Below, in pieces: positions 27,946 to 42,373 of a stretch of 64,000 bases of DNA; positions within the stretch are counted from its first letter, which is position 1, and each line of letters begins with the position of its first letter. The stretch is from Klebsormidium nitens. Taxonomy: Eukaryota; Plantae; Klebsormidiophyceae. The notes beneath the pieces were generated by a model. The model saw only the letters and a program-made list of their open reading frames with translations, was not told the DNA's origin and did no database searches. The DNA is taken from positions 117,483 to 181,482 of the forward strand of contig DF238762.1 of NCBI GenBank assembly GCA_000708835.1, read 5' to 3'. Made by a program: the position numbers and the translations under genes.

Positions 27946-29025
27946 TTCAAGGGAAGAGGGGCTTACGGTGGATACCTAGGCATTCAGAGGCGAAGAAGGG
28001 CGTCGTGGCCGACGAAATGCTCCGGGGAGCTGGGATTGTGTGAGGATCCGGAGATTCCCGAATGGGGTAACCCCAATGTACTCGTGGGCTTTTGGCTTGC
28101 GAGGGGCAACCTGGCGAACTGAAACATCTTAGTAGCCAGAGGAAGAGAAAGCAAACGCGATTCCCCCAGTAGCGGCGAGCGAAGAGGGAACAGCCTAAAC
28201 CGGTTGATCCGGGGTTGTGGGAGGGCAGTTAGGGTGTTTCTTCGCTAGACGAAGCGGTTGAGTTCCGCACCGCAGATGGTGAGAGTCCAGTAGTCAAAAG
28301 CGTCGTTTCGCCCTTGTCCCAACCCGAGTAGCATGGGGCACGTGAAATCCCGTGTGAATCTGCGAGGACCACCTCGTAAGGCTAAATACTCCTGGATGAC
28401 CGATAGCGAACTAGTACCGTGAGGGAAGGGTGAAAAGAACCCTGGAGAGGGAGTGAAAAAGACCATGAAACCGTAAGCTTACAAGCGGTGGGAGGGGGCT
28501 TGAACCCCTGACCGCGTGCCTGTTGAAGAATGAGCCGGCGACTCATAGGCGGTGGCACGGCTAAGGCGATGCACGCCGAAACCGTAGCGAAAGCAAGTCT
28601 GACAAGGGCCCATGTCATCGTTTATGGACCCGAACCCGAGTGATCTAACCATGGCCAGGGTGAAGCTTTGGTGAGACTGAGTGGAGGCCCGTACCGACCG
28701 ATGTTGAAAGATCGGCGGATGAGCTGTGGTTAGGGGTGAAATGCCAATCGAACTCGGAGCTAGCTGGTTCTCCCCGAAATGCGTTGAGGCGCAGCGGTGT
28801 TCGAGGGTGGGCCAGGGGTAAAGCACTGTTTCGGTGCGGGCTGCGAGAGCGGTACCAAATCGAGGCAAACTCTGAATACTGGCCCTGCTTGCCGAACACC
28901 AGTGAGACGAAGGGGGATAAGCTTCTTTGTCGAGAGGGGAACAGCCCAGACCATCGGCTAAGGCCCCCAAATGGCCGCTAAGTGGCAAAGGATGTGGGAG
29001 TGCTCAGACAGCCAGGAGGTTTGCC

Positions 29026-29066
<41 letters not shown>

Positions 29067-30844
29067 ATCAAGCGCTCCCGCGCCAAAGATGAACGGGACT
29101 CAAGCGGCCTGCCGAGGCCATGGGATGTAAAAAGCATCGGTAGGGGAGCGTTCCGCGGCAGGTTGAAGCGTAAGCGAGAGCAGGCGTGGACGAGGCGGAA
29201 GTGAGAATGTCGGCTTGAGTAACGCAAACACTGGTGAGAATCCAGTGCCCCGAAAACCCAAGGGTTCCCCTGGAAGGCTCGTCCACGGGGGGTGAGTCAG
29301 GGCCTAAGGTGAGGCCGAAGGGCGCAGCCGATGGACAACAGGCATACATTCCTGTACCTCTCCGGGCTGGGGACGAGGGACGGAGCAGGCTCGGTTGGCC
29401 GAGGGATGGTATCTCGGTTGAAGGGCTCAAGGCGCGATGGGGGCAGTGATCCTGGCCCTAGCTAAGGCCCGAGTTAGTAAAGCGTCAAGGCGCTGAAGAA
29501 ACCTATGCCATGCTTCCAAGAAAAGCTCGTACCTCTTCAGGCTCGGAGGGCCTGTACCCGAGACCGACACAGGTGGGTGGGTAGAGAATACCTAGGGGCG
29601 CGAGGCAACCCTCTCTAAGGAACTCGGCAAAATAGCCTCGTAACTTCGGGAGAAGAGGTGCTCCCCTCTTTGGGGGGAGCCGCAGGGACCAGGCCCAAGC
29701 GACTGTTTACCAAAAACACAGGTCTCCGCCAAGTTGAAAAACGATGTAAGGGGGCTGACGCCTGCCCAGTGCTGGAAGGTTAAGGAAGTTGGTGGCCCCC
29801 TCCTTGAGAGGGGGGAAGCTGGCAACCGAAGCCCCAGTCAACGGCGGTCGTAACTATAACGATCCTAAGGTAGCGAAATTCATTGTCAGGTAAGTTCTGA
29901 CCCGCACGAAAGGCGTAACGATTTGGGCGCTGTCTCGGAGAGGGGCTCGGTGAAATAGACATGCCTGTGAAGATGCGGGCTACCTCCACTGGGACAGAAA
30001 GACCCTATGAAGCTTTACTGTTCCCTGGCATTGGGTCTCGGCCCTCCCTGCGCAGCCTAGGTGGGAGGCACAGAAGCTCTTCTTCCGGGAAGGGCCAAGC
30101 CATCCGTGAGAGACCACCCTGGAAGGGCTAAGATCCTAAACCGATGCCCTATGATAGGCGTTGGAACCGTGCCAGGCAGACAGTTTCTCTGGGGCAGAGG
30201 CCTCCCAAAGAGTAATGGAGGCGTGCAAAGGTTCCCTCAGGCTGGACGGGAATCAGTTGTAGAGTGTAAAGGCAGAAGGGAGCTTGACTGCAAGACCAAC
30301 AAGTCGAGCAGGGACGAAAGTCGGCCTTAGTGATCCGACGGTGCCGCGTGGAAGGGCCGTCGCTTATCGGATAAAAGTTACTCTAGGGATAACAGGCTGA
30401 TCTTCCCCAAGAGTCCACATCGACGGGAAGGTTTGGCACCTCGATGTCGGCTTAACACATCCTGGGGCGGTAGCACGTCCCAAGGGTTGGGCTGTTCGCC
30501 CATCAAAGTGTTACATGAGCTGGGTTCAGAACGTCGTGAGACAGTTTGGTCCATATCTAGTGGAGGCGTGAGAGCATTGAGGGGCCATCTCCCTAGTACG
30601 AGAGGACCGGGAGGCACGCACCGCTGGTGTGCCAGTTCTCGTGCCAACGGGACACGCTGGGTAGCCATGTGCGGAACGGATCACTGCTGAAAGCATCTAA
30701 GTAGGAAGCCTACCCCAAGATGAGTGCTCGTTATTAGGCCCCGGTCAGAACAACCGGACTCCAATCATAGGAGAACAGAGCTGCCATGTGGAAGTGCAGC
30801 GATGCATGCAGCAGAGGCAGGCTAACAGGCCGATACACTTGAAC
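27946..30844 (+). rRNA. rrl: 23S ribosomal RNA including a contiguous 4.5S-like 3' segment (about 30735-30844); ends approximate
   Basis: TTCAAG...GCTTACGGTGGATACCTAGG start; CTAGTACGAGAGGACCGG sarcin-ricin loop; GTGGAAGTGCAGCGATGCATGCAGC...CTTGAAC end. Confidence 0.98.
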
Positions 30845-30973
30845 CAACATTCGCCCCAAGCTCAAGCTACAAGCACGTGGTTTGCTTGAAACCTCTCTCA
30901 AAAAAAGAAAACGAATTGAGAGAGATTCAAAAGCAAGCCCCGTTTCGGAGCGTCGGTGAATGCCGACGCAAGT

Positions 30974-31095
30974 CATTTTGGTGCCCTAGGCACAGTGGAA
31001 CCACACTCATCCTATCCCGAACTGAGTTGTGAAACACTGCAGCGGTCAAAATACTATGGGGGATGCCCCATGGGAAGATAGCTAGGTGCCAAAAT
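30974..31095 (+). rRNA. rrf: 5S ribosomal RNA
   Basis: ATTTTGGTGCCCTAGG...GGAACCACAC...ATCCCGAAC...GTGAAAC...GATAGCTAGGTGCCAAAAT with complementary ends. Confidence 0.95.
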
Positions 31096-31742
31096 GACCA
31101 AACTCTTTATATATTCCATTAAAAATTTTATGTATTATTATTTATTGAAATTTATTTCCTGAAACTATGCTTTAACAAAAAACTTATTTAGCACATTTTG
31201 GGAATTTGTTCCGACTACTAAGATACTCAATATGCTCATATTATGAAAGAGAAACAATTGGCTGGTCCCATTTCGTACGTTATTCACTCCTACTAAGAGC
31301 AAATATCGTCAATTGCAAAAGCAGATTTTTTTTGAGTATAATTTGATTTTGTTGAAACAATAGGATTCTTTACAAAAAAATAGTCATTGTTATGACGCTT
31401 ATAACCGCTTTTTTGATTTGCTTTTCAACTTGTATAAAAACTTTCAATATTCTATTAAAATAAATGTGTGTACCATCTTTCTCTTAATCAGTAAGCAGAT
31501 AAGCAACGAAAACTGAGTTTAATTCCTTCGATAAGAAAAACTCGAATGAACTGTCTTATGCTCACCAACATATACAATTTTGCCGAGCAAAGAAAGTTTT
31601 TGTTTGATTCCTCTCTGATTTGAAAACGACTGCGCATGACATAGATATGAAAAGAACCAATGAAGTTGGATTGTTTAACAAATTTTCTGTTCATATTTAG
31701 CTTAGAAGTGCTGCTATTCAATCCATATTAAAAGACTTGCCT

Positions 31743-32945
31743 ATGATCTACGGCTTGACTCCAAAATCCGCACCTGCTGGGCTGCCCAATGCTATGGTTA
31801 TGAGCATGGGTCCCCAACATCCATCGATGCATGGGGTGCTACGATTGATCCTCACATTGGATGGCGAGAACGTGCTAGACTGCGAGCCTGTGTTAGGCTA
31901 CCTGCATCGAGGTATGGAAAAGATTGCAGAGGGTCGAACAGTCATCCAATACTTGCCGTATGTGACTCGATGGGATTATCTTGCAACTATGTTTGCAGAG
32001 GCTATTACAGTGAATGCTGCAGAGCGATTGGCAAACATTCAGGTACCCGCTCGAAGCAGTTATATCCGAATGATTATGCTAGAACTGAGTCGAATTGCTT
32101 CTCATCTTTTGTGGCTTGGCCCTTTTCTAGCAGACATTGGAGCACAAACGCCTTTTTTTTACATCTTACGGGAACGAGAAATGATCTCTGACCTATTTGA
32201 GTCGGCTACGGGAATGCGTATGATGCACAACTACTTTCGTATAGGAGGAGTGGCTTGTGATCTTCCCTACGGTTGGGTAGACAAATGCTTAGACTTTTGT
32301 GAGTATTTTTGGTTCAAAACAGATGAATACGAAAGATTGATTACTCACAATCCAATCTTTATAAAGCGTGTTGAAGGGGTAGGGGTGATTTCTCGTGAAG
32401 ATGCTATGAACTGGGGTCTTTCTGGCCCTATGCTTCGTGCCTCTGGTGTCCCTTGGGACCTTAGAAAGGTGGATCATTATGAATGTTATGATCAATTAGA
32501 CTGGTCGGTGCAATGGGCTACAGATGGAGACTGTTTGGCAAGATATCTTATACGAATTGGTGAGATGAGGCAATCGGTAAAAATCTTGCAACAAGCATTG
32601 AAAGCTTTGCCAGGTGGGCCTTACGAGAACTTAGAGGCAAGGAGGATAAACCAAGGACGAGGCTCAGAATGGGACTCATTTGAGTATCAGCATTTGAGTA
32701 AGAAGGCATCTCCAACTTTTCGGATTCCAAGCCAAGAGCATTATGTGCGGGTGGAAGCTCCTAAGGGAGAGTTAGGAGTGTTTTTAATAGGAGATGATAG
32801 CCCTTTCCCTTGGAGATGGAAGATCCGACCACCAGGCTTTGTCAATCTTCAAGTCCTGCCACAACTTGTTTGTGGTCGCAAACTTGCTGATATTATGAGT
32901 GTACTTGGCAGCATTGATATCATTATGGGTGAGGTAGATCGGTAG
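31743..32945 (+). CDS. ndhH: NDH subunit H
   Basis: [15 protein letters not shown]...GYLHRGMEK...[14 protein letters not shown]; ATG 31743 chosen over TTG 31737. Confidence 0.97.
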   Translation: MIYGLTPKSAPAGLPNAMVMSMGPQHPSMHGVLRLILTLDGENVLDCEPVLGYLHRGMEKIAEGRTVIQYLPYVTRWDYLATMFAEAITVNAAERLANIQVPARSSYIRMIMLELSRIASHLLWLGPFLADIGAQTPFFYILREREMISDLFESATGMRMMHNYFRIGGVACDLPYGWVDKCLDFCEYFWFKTDEYERLITHNPIFIKRVEGVGVISREDAMNWGLSGPMLRASGVPWDLRKVDHYECYDQLDWSVQWATDGDCLARYLIRIGEMRQSVKILQQALKALPGGPYENLEARRINQGRGSEWDSFEYQHLSKKASPTFRIPSQEHYVRVEAPKGELGVFLIGDDSPFPWRWKIRPPGFVNLQVLPQLVCGRKLADIMSVLGSIDIIMGEVDR

Positions 32946-33034
32946 CCAAACTCGCTCATTCCCAAAAGCATATTTTGCAAACGAATGGGCGCCAACCGTA
33001 AAAAATCATTCCCTAGGATTGATTAGGAGATAAG

Positions 33035-34192
33035 ATGAATAATTGGATTCAAGCCCTATCACACCCATTTGCAGGCAGCTTGCAAGTTGGATCTTTTCTA
33101 TCCACTAGCCTTCTTCTCCAAATCGGATCTTTCAAGCCAATTGAGGCAAAATTCGTTGAACTGATAGGGGCTATAGGATTAATAGTAGGTATTTTATTTT
33201 TGCTGTTAGGAGCTACTTTAGGGGTGCTTGTTGTAGTGTGGTTAGAAAGAAAGGTATCCGCAGGTGTTCAACAGCGTGTAGGTCCAGAATTTGCAGGTCC
33301 TTTGGGTCTCTTACAAGCCCTAGCCGATGGTCTTAAGCTTGTTCTCAAAGAGGCTGTTCATCCTAGCAGGGCCGATGAAAGACTCTTTCGACTAGGGCCT
33401 GCTATGGTAGTCGTGCCAGTGTTCTTATCGTATTTGATAATTCCCTTTGGGCCTGGCATGATGTTGGAAGACTTAGGGGTTGGAGTTTTGTTTTGGATAA
33501 GTGTTTCTAGCATTGCTCCTCTTGGACTCCTTATGTCTGGTTATGCTTCAAATAACAAGTTTTCCTTTCTGGGGGGGCTTCGAGCGGCTGCACAATCTAT
33601 AAGCTATGAGATTCCATTGGCTTTATCTGTGCTTGCTGTGTGTCTTTTATCAAGTAGCTTGAATACCTCCGATATTGTAGAAGCTCAATCCGGCTTTGGT
33701 GTGCTGAGCTGGAACGTATGGCGTCAGCCTATTGGATTTATTCTATTTTTAATCTCTTCATTGGCAGAGTGTGAACGCTTGCCCTTTGATCTTCCTGAAG
33801 CAGAAGAAGAACTCGTTGCTGGATATCAAACGGAATACACAGGAATTCAATTTGGTCTCTTTTACGTTGGTTCTTATGTCAATTTGATTGCTTCGTCTTT
33901 GTTCGTTACTGTGCTTTATCTTGGGGGATGGGGACTGCCTCTCCCGGGCGTGGTGGAAAGAATTGTTCCTGCTGGATTACAAGGCTCACTCCTCCCAGCT
34001 CTTGTAGGATTCATAGGTCTTTTCGCAACTCTTCTAAAAGCCTATTGCTTTCTCTTCTTTGCGATCTTAACCCGATGGACCCTTCCAAGAGTGCGCATTG
34101 ATCAGTTACTAGATCTCGGTTGGAAGTTCCTGCTTCCGGTGTCTCTAGGGAACCTATTGCTTACAGCATGCTGCAAGCTGGCCTTTGTGTAA
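33035..34192 (+). CDS. ndhA: NDH subunit A (no intron)
   Basis: [56 protein letters not shown]. Confidence 0.98.
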   Translation: MNNWIQALSHPFAGSLQVGSFLSTSLLLQIGSFKPIEAKFVELIGAIGLIVGILFLLLGATLGVLVVVWLERKVSAGVQQRVGPEFAGPLGLLQALADGLKLVLKEAVHPSRADERLFRLGPAMVVVPVFLSYLIIPFGPGMMLEDLGVGVLFWISVSSIAPLGLLMSGYASNNKFSFLGGLRAAAQSISYEIPLALSVLAVCLLSSSLNTSDIVEAQSGFGVLSWNVWRQPIGFILFLISSLAECERLPFDLPEAEEELVAGYQTEYTGIQFGLFYVGSYVNLIASSLFVTVLYLGGWGLPLPGVVERIVPAGLQGSLLPALVGFIGLFATLLKAYCFLFFAILTRWTLPRVRIDQLLDLGWKFLLPVSLGNLLLTACCKLAFV

Positions 34193-34211
34193 ATACTAAG
34201 CCCCCTTTTTT

Positions 34212-34694
34212 ATGACAAATTCGCTATTGTCTTATACTCGCCAAGCTTCACAAGCTGCCCGGTTCATTGGGCAAGGTTTCCTCGTAACCTTGGACCATAT
34301 GAATCGATCTGCTATTACAATTCAATACCCATATCAAAAGCTTGTTCCGTCCGAACGCTTTCGAGGACGAATTCATTTTGAATTTGATAAGTGTATTGCC
34401 TGTGAGGTTTGTGTTCGCGTTTGCCCTATTAATTTACCAGTTGTTCATTGGCAATTTCAACCCGTTCAAAAGAAAAAACAATTGAAGGCCTATAGTATTG
34501 ACTTTGGAGCATGCATCTTTTGCGGGAACTGTGTAGAGTATTGTCCTACAAATTGCTTATCAATGACAGAAGAGTATGAAATGTCTGTGTATGATCGACA
34601 TGAGCTCAATTATGATCACATTGCGCTTGGTCGATTGCCCGCTTGTGCAGAGGTCGATGCAATGGTTGAAACAAGCCCAATTCTAGGAAAATAA
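34212..34694 (+). CDS. ndhI: NDH subunit I
   Basis: Two 4Fe-4S motifs, [12 protein letters not shown] and [12 protein letters not shown]. Confidence 0.98.
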   Translation: MTNSLLSYTRQASQAARFIGQGFLVTLDHMNRSAITIQYPYQKLVPSERFRGRIHFEFDKCIACEVCVRVCPINLPVVHWQFQPVQKKKQLKAYSIDFGACIFCGNCVEYCPTNCLSMTEEYEMSVYDRHELNYDHIALGRLPACAEVDAMVETSPILGK

Positions 34695-34760
34695 GCTGCC
34701 CTATGAATAACCGAGGGGGACCGGGTGAGTAACAGATGATCGAAGAGAGGAGCCCACACA

Positions 34761-35312
34761 ATGGATATTGTGTTTGATACATATCGATCGAGCCTATTTA
34801 CTGCCATTGAGCTAGGCGTTTTTTTTGGATCCATAGGCGTAGTAGTTGCTCCTTCCATGATTTATGCAGCTTTTTCCTTAGGAATCACGCTATTATCGAT
34901 TGCTTTTGTTTATCTTTTATTCAATGCAGACCTATTAGCCGCAGCACAGGTACTTGTGTACATAGGAGCTATTAATGTGCTCATTGTATTTGCAATTATG
35001 CTCGTTGGGCCAGCCCCTTTGCTACCATCTCGACCCCTTGCTTATCGGTTGCTATGTTTTGGTGCCGCAAGTGGTCTCTGCCTACCCCTTGTATTCGCCA
35101 GTACCGAAGGATTGTGGAACAAAACCAAGCTCGAGATACCAGGAGAAGATGAAATTGTTCAAATTGGAATAGGCTTGTTTGATCGCTTCTTACTTCCTTT
35201 TGAGACAGTCTCTTTGCTCCTATTGGTTGCACTGATTGGTGCAATCTGGATTGCTCGAGCACGGCCGGAAATGAAGAGAGAGATGCCCTCTCAGGACAAG
35301 CCTCTTCTATAG
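34761..35312 (+). CDS. ndhG: NDH subunit G
   Basis: LFNADLLAAAQVLVYIGAINVLIVFAIML; FLLPFETVSLLLLVALIGAI. Confidence 0.95.
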   Translation: MDIVFDTYRSSLFTAIELGVFFGSIGVVVAPSMIYAAFSLGITLLSIAFVYLLFNADLLAAAQVLVYIGAINVLIVFAIMLVGPAPLLPSRPLAYRLLCFGAASGLCLPLVFASTEGLWNKTKLEIPGEDEIVQIGIGLFDRFLLPFETVSLLLLVALIGAIWIARARPEMKREMPSQDKPLL

Positions 35313-35353
35313 ACTATAGAGTAGCCAGCTGCCCGGGATGAACAACTTTGCTT

Positions 35354-35662
35354 ATGATTGATTTGAACCATTGCCTTGTATTAGGAGCTTGCCTCTTCTG
35401 TATCGGCCTTTATGGCCTGTTGACCGCAGATAACACGGTCCGGGCTCTTATGTGTCTTGAGCTTTTATTCAATGCTGTCAATATAAACCTTCTTGCATTC
35501 TCAAGCTTCTTAGACACAGTTCAATCGCGGGGACAAATATTTGCTTTGTTTGTGATTACAATCGCCGCTGCTGAGGCTGCCATTGGGCTCTCTATCGTGT
35601 TAGCAGTACACCGTGCACGGGGATCATCTCGGCTCAGTTTTCTTACTCTACTGCGTTGGTAA
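35354..35662 (+). CDS. ndhE: NDH subunit E
   Basis: [16 protein letters not shown]...[18 protein letters not shown]. Confidence 0.96.
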   Translation: MIDLNHCLVLGACLFCIGLYGLLTADNTVRALMCLELLFNAVNINLLAFSSFLDTVQSRGQIFALFVITIAAAEAAIGLSIVLAVHRARGSSRLSFLTLLRW

Positions 35663-35762
35663 CGTTTGGTTAGCAATGCGAAACAAGATAGAATAGATCA
35701 CCCTGAGGGTTAGGGCTCACGAGCCCCAGGGTCAGCAAAGCGTTCTGATCTATTGTTATTGA

Positions 35763-36020
<258 letters not shown>

Positions 36021-36145
36021 TCGTCCCCTCGCTCGGCAGTGGTCCGCTCTACGTTGCTCTCTTTTCAAGCTAGCGAAGAGAGGGCCCTGCGAACGCCTTG
36101 CTTTAGAAAAGGCAGATCAATCCCCGGGCAAAGACCCAACCCTCT

Positions 36146-36536
36146 ATGAACACTTTTCCCTGGCTAAGCACTGTTGTAGCCCTTCCACTCCTTTCTAGTT
36201 TCCCTCTCCCTTGGCTAAGAGAGAGGGGCAACCATTTGGTTCGTTGGTATTGCCTAGTAGTCTGCCTAATTGACTTCTTACTGCTTGGGTATGTGCTTGG
36301 TTCTCACTATGACTTCTCTGTGCAGGGCTTGCAATTGCGAGAAGATTGGAGTTGGATCCCTGCTTTAGGCGTGCATTGGTCTTTAGGGCTCGATGGTCTT
36401 TCCATGTGTTTGGCACTCCTTACCGGTTTTGTTACGACTCTTGCCGTCCTTGGGGCTTGGCCTGTGACGCGCCATCCATGCTTATTTTATGTTCTTATGC
36501 TTGCGATGTACACTGGTCAGATGGGCCTGTTTGCTT
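36146..36536 (+). CDS. ndhD: NDH subunit D, exon 1 (join 36146-36536, 37303-38384; 490 aa)
   Basis: [14 protein letters not shown]...LGLDGLSM...[10 protein letters not shown], then breaks off; the splice gives [10 protein letters not shown]. Confidence 0.92.
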
Positions 36537-37302
36537 TTGTGAGCCGATAAAGATTCAACTCCTGATTGACTATTGCCAATCAGATCCTCTTCACCTCTTC
36601 CAATAGCATAAATCGCTAGGGGAGCATAGCACGTGAGGCAATTCTATTCGTAAAAAGACAAAACCTGTATACTCGAAAAAACTTTGTTTTTCACAGACCT
36701 TCTATCCTTTCGTAGAACAAAGCCCCAAGACTCAAAATGTCTGCGCTGTTCGATGGCTGGAAATATTGAAACGAAAAAACTATAGAATTCAAAGCGATTT
36801 TTCTTAAGGTATGAGGCTTTTGAATAGAAGTTAGGGAAGCGCTTTTTTCAGAAAGGGGTTTTCAACAGATTTGTTAGAACAGCAGGCGCTCTATTCTTAT
36901 GGACTATGGGAAAGAAGTGAGCCCAAAAGAACAGGCTAGATAGGCTAAAACATAAGAATTGTTGCAAAGAATAGCACTCCATATGAGAATAAAAAAATGC
37001 CCCTTGAAGAAGCTCATGGCCTTGAATCAAATCAGCTCGTTGTGGATCTTGCTTTGAAAGCATCATAATGAGCCAATCTTTGGGATGATACTCGCACTAT
37101 GCTGTGTTCGTCAAACCATTAAGGATGGCTATCAGTGTGAGCATTGAAAAAAAAGTTGCCTTGCTTATCTTATCTATATAGAAGAACAAAGCAGCATTAG
37201 ACTCAAAAAACCTCTCGCTGCCAAATAGCCGCATGCAATAGGAGTTGCTGGTGCGGTTTGGAGGGTATTGTTTGCAAATTCGAAAGCGTTGAACTACTCT
37301 AT
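36537..37302 (+). mobile_element. Group II intron in ndhD (ORF-less, 766 nt)
   Basis: 5' TTGTG; domain V AGCCGCATGCAA...TTGCTGGTGCGGTTT at about 37227-37259; 3' end CTACTCTAT with an A at -7. Confidence 0.85.
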
Positions 37303-38384
37303 CGCAAGACATGCTTCTTTTCTTTCTAATGTGGGAGCTTGAACTAGTCCCCGTCTATTTTCTTCTTTCTCTCTGGGGAGGACGAAAACGTCTTTATGCA
37401 GCAACAAAGTTTCTTCTTACTACAGGGATTGCATCTTTGTTTATCTTATTGTCAGCTATTGTTATGGCTCTTTATGGAAAACCAACGACATGGGATCTTT
37501 CACTCCTGTCCATTAAGTCATTTCCACTTGCTTTACAGATCACTCTCTATCTTGGGCTTTTCGTTGCTTTTGGGGTCAAGATTGCTAGCTTTCCTCTTCA
37601 CAGTTGGCTCCCAGACACGCATGGAGAGGCTCACCCTAGCACTTGCATGCTATTGGCTGGCATCTTACTCAAGATGGGTGGCTATGGTCTGATTCGGCTC
37701 AATGTCCAGATCTTCTCGCAGGCACATCATCTGCTTGCTCCGTGGCTTATAGCGTTAGGAGTCATCAATATTGTGTATGCAGCCCTTACATCTCTTGCTC
37801 AGCGAAACCTCAAAAGAAAGATTGCTTACTCCTCCATCTCTCATATGGGCTTTGTCCTGATTGGAATAGGCTCTTTGACAGATATAGGCATGAGTGGGGC
37901 TTTGCTCCAAATGATCTCTCATGGGCTTATTGGTGCAAGCCTCTTCTTTTTGGCTGGAGCCCTATATGATCGTACAAGAACACTCATCTTAGAGCATATC
38001 GGAGACATGGCACGACCCATGCCTAAGATGTTTGCTCTATTTACAGCTTCCTCTCTCTCCTCTCTTGCTTTACCTGGTATGAGTGGCTTCCCTGCAGAGC
38101 TCTTGGTCTTTTTTGGACTTGCACTCAGCCAAGCCTATCCTCTTTCTTTTCGGATTCCTGCCGTAGCACTTCAAGGACTTGGCATTGTGCTAACTCCCAT
38201 TTATTTGCTAGCGATGCTTAGGCAGATCTTCTATGGCAAACAAACACGTTTGAATCACAGACATTTTGTCGATCTAGGACCTAGAGAAACCTTTGTTAGT
38301 TTTGCTTTACTCTTGCCTATCGTTGGGATTGGCATCTGTCCTCAGCTTGTCACTCAGCTTTATCAAGGCAGCTTGTCTTGGTAA
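37303..38384 (+). CDS. ndhD: NDH subunit D, exon 2
   Basis: [55 protein letters not shown]. Confidence 0.95.
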
Positions 38385-39212
38385 AATCAAACCATCCTAC
38401 ACCCCTATAGGGGTGTGTGGATACAAATGAATGAGATTGAAAAGAAAGCCATATTTTTTCAAGCCTTCGCCCGAACACGACTAGGCAGCTCACTCTCGAT
38501 CATTCGCTTGTTCTTTTCAATTGCTGCCAAATCAGTATCATTGACATGATGAGTTCCAATCATAAGATAAGCAGCGCATCTTCGCATTTGGCCAAGCTAG
38601 TGTTCAGTCAGTAGCAAAAACCTTTCATTTCCTATCATTTCACAATGGCTTCTATGTGCCAATGTGCCAATGTTGGGCTCTAAGTGCACATGGGTGCATC
38701 AGTGGAAGATTGCGAAAAGGGAAGCTTGCTCGATTGACTCAAACAAAGGTATGATCAATTAGAATACTGATTGATTGGACTAAAAAAAGTTGACCATATA
38801 AAGCATTTTTTATTTGCTCTTTATTACTAAAGAGTTCAAAGGAATGGAGAAAAAGATAAGAAGCATTTTTCCTGCGCCTAGCAAATTCATAAAAATATCT
38901 TTTCTTACATCAAGGAATGGGAAGCTCAATGTTCAAGATTATTCAAATCAATCAAAGCTTTCCCTTCTTGGGAAATGAATTTTGATTGCTATAGAAGCAT
39001 GCACGAGAGCTTAAAAACCTGAATCAAGATCAAAATCTTCCACTTAGCATAAACAAATAGTTCAAGTCTTTTTTTTCATTTTTATTTATACAACAGTTGT
39101 AATTAAAGATGATAAAAAAGATGCTGTACAAATGAAAGCATACAGCACTTGTTATTCTACAGGAGAGCACTTTTGTTTGAGAGATGTTGAAACGCTAGGA
39201 TCATCAGTCCAA

Positions 39213-39295
39213 ATAGACAAAAACTCTGTGTGTTTGCTGTTTGTATCAAGGGTCAATGGACTGAATGCAAGACTTCTGCTTGTGTCGTCTGAAGA
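39213..39295 (+). repeat. Degenerate copy 2 of the psaA leader in the ndhD-chlL spacer
   Basis: See 11388-11479; similarity stops right before the psaA Shine-Dalgarno. Confidence 0.85.
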
Positions 39296-40035
39296 CAATC
39301 GTAGTTGTAAGCATTGCAGTTGACTCGCGGAAAAATTCAATGAAGAAAGCACATGAAAAAAAGAAAACTTCGCAATTGAGAGAATCGGTGTATCAAAGTT
39401 AGAAGATATTCAATCAACATTCCGGTATTGAGTATTCCGCAAAACTCTTTACTAAGATAAACAAGGATGTACCTTTTTACAAGAGGGCAGCCTGGTGGAA
39501 GTCTAAAAAAAAAAGAAAAAATAGCTCACTTATTGGTTCTTTAAATAGAAGAAGAGACAACGTTTCTATACGATACTTAGGGCTTTTTTACTTGATTTGA
39601 CTCGTTGAATATCAATAATCCATTTGGTTTTATACTTAGATATTTCCCGCTAACTATAAATCGTGTACATTCATTGTATATGCACACGAGAATAATGTGC
39701 GAATCATTTGATTGCTTTCTTTCAAAATCACGTATAAGTCTTTGCTTCAAGTTGTTTTGCTTTTTTTGTTCGTTTGGAAAGAGTTGTTTCATTTGTTTCC
39801 ATCTCTCTCTCTTCGTGTATTTCGTCTCTGATACTCTATACACTTTTGTTTGAATCATTCAAATGTATGCTCATTTTTGAAAGAATTAAATAAGAGTAAC
39901 TTTTTGATTGTATATTAGCTGCTTCAGGTGTACAATGAGAATCGCTGGCCCCCGATGAGTCTGCTTTCGGTAGTGCTCTTCTTTGGGTTTGGCGAAACTG
40001 TGGGCTAGGCCCCACTAATGAAAGGAGAGAGGCGC

Positions 40036-40905
40036 ATGAAGATTGCAGTGTATGGAAAGGGTGGGATTGGCAAGTCGACCACCAGTTGCAATATTTCGAT
40101 TGCTCTTGCCAGGCGGGGCAAGCGGGTGCTCCAGATTGGCTGCGATCCAAAGCACGATAGCACCTTTACTCTGACTGGATTCTTGATACCTACGATCATT
40201 GATACCCTGCAGTCTAAGGACTACCATTATGAAGATGTGTGGCCCGAAGATGTGATTTACCAAGGCTATGGGGGTGTAGATTGTGTAGAGGCGGGCGGGC
40301 CCCCTGCGGGCGCGGGATGTGGGGGTTATGTGGTGGGTGAGACAGTGAAGCTGCTAAAAGAGCTAAATGCATTCTATGAGTACGATGTAATCTTATTTGA
40401 TGTTCTCGGGGATGTTGTGTGTGGTGGTTTTGCTGCGCCTTTGAATTACGCAGACTATTGCATTATTATCACAGATAATGGATTTGATGCACTGTTCGCT
40501 GCAAACCGAATTGCTGCATCTGTGCGAGAGAAGGCACGTACCCACCCTCTTCGTCTTGCTGGCTTGGTAGGCAACCGTACTTCCAAAAGAGATCTAATTG
40601 ACAAGTATGTGGAGGCATGCCCCATGCCAGTTTTAGAAGTTTTGCCTCTAATCGAGGACATCCGGGTATCGCGTGTCAAAGGCAAGACTTTATTTGAGAT
40701 GGCTGAAACGGAACCCAGCCTTTCCTATGTATGCGACTTTTATCTCAATATTGCGGACCAAATCCTAGCAAGGCCAGAGGGAGTTGTGCCCAAAGAAGTG
40801 CCAGACCGTGAGCTGTTTAGCCTTCTCTCCGACTTCTATTTAAACCCTACGAACCAGAAGGCAGAGCAGGTACCGGGAGAGCACTTAGACTTTATGATGG
40901 TCTAA
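40036..40905 (+). CDS. chlL: Light-independent protochlorophyllide reductase iron-sulfur ATP-binding subunit
   Basis: [47 protein letters not shown]. Confidence 0.99.
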   Translation: MKIAVYGKGGIGKSTTSCNISIALARRGKRVLQIGCDPKHDSTFTLTGFLIPTIIDTLQSKDYHYEDVWPEDVIYQGYGGVDCVEAGGPPAGAGCGGYVVGETVKLLKELNAFYEYDVILFDVLGDVVCGGFAAPLNYADYCIIITDNGFDALFAANRIAASVREKARTHPLRLAGLVGNRTSKRDLIDKYVEACPMPVLEVLPLIEDIRVSRVKGKTLFEMAETEPSLSYVCDFYLNIADQILARPEGVVPKEVPDRELFSLLSDFYLNPTNQKAEQVPGEHLDFMMV

Positions 40906-40954
40906 TTCGAAATCATTTTTTTTCCTGTTCATCTTTTTCAAGTTATAGATATAG

Positions 40955-42373
<1,419 letters not shown>

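Noticed and set aside
23298-30976. Numerous 60-170 aa ORFs overlapping the 16S and 23S rRNA and the tRNA introns
   Set aside because: Shadow ORFs of GC-rich structural RNA; no LAGLIDADG or other intron ORF, and no group I intron seen in rrs or rrl.
38400-39860. Short ORFs and broken reading frames in the ndhD-chlL spacer (e.g. 93 aa at 39577-39858)
   Set aside because: Could be decayed foreign DNA, but I found no match to the orphan families or to known genes; only the psaA-leader copy is supportable.
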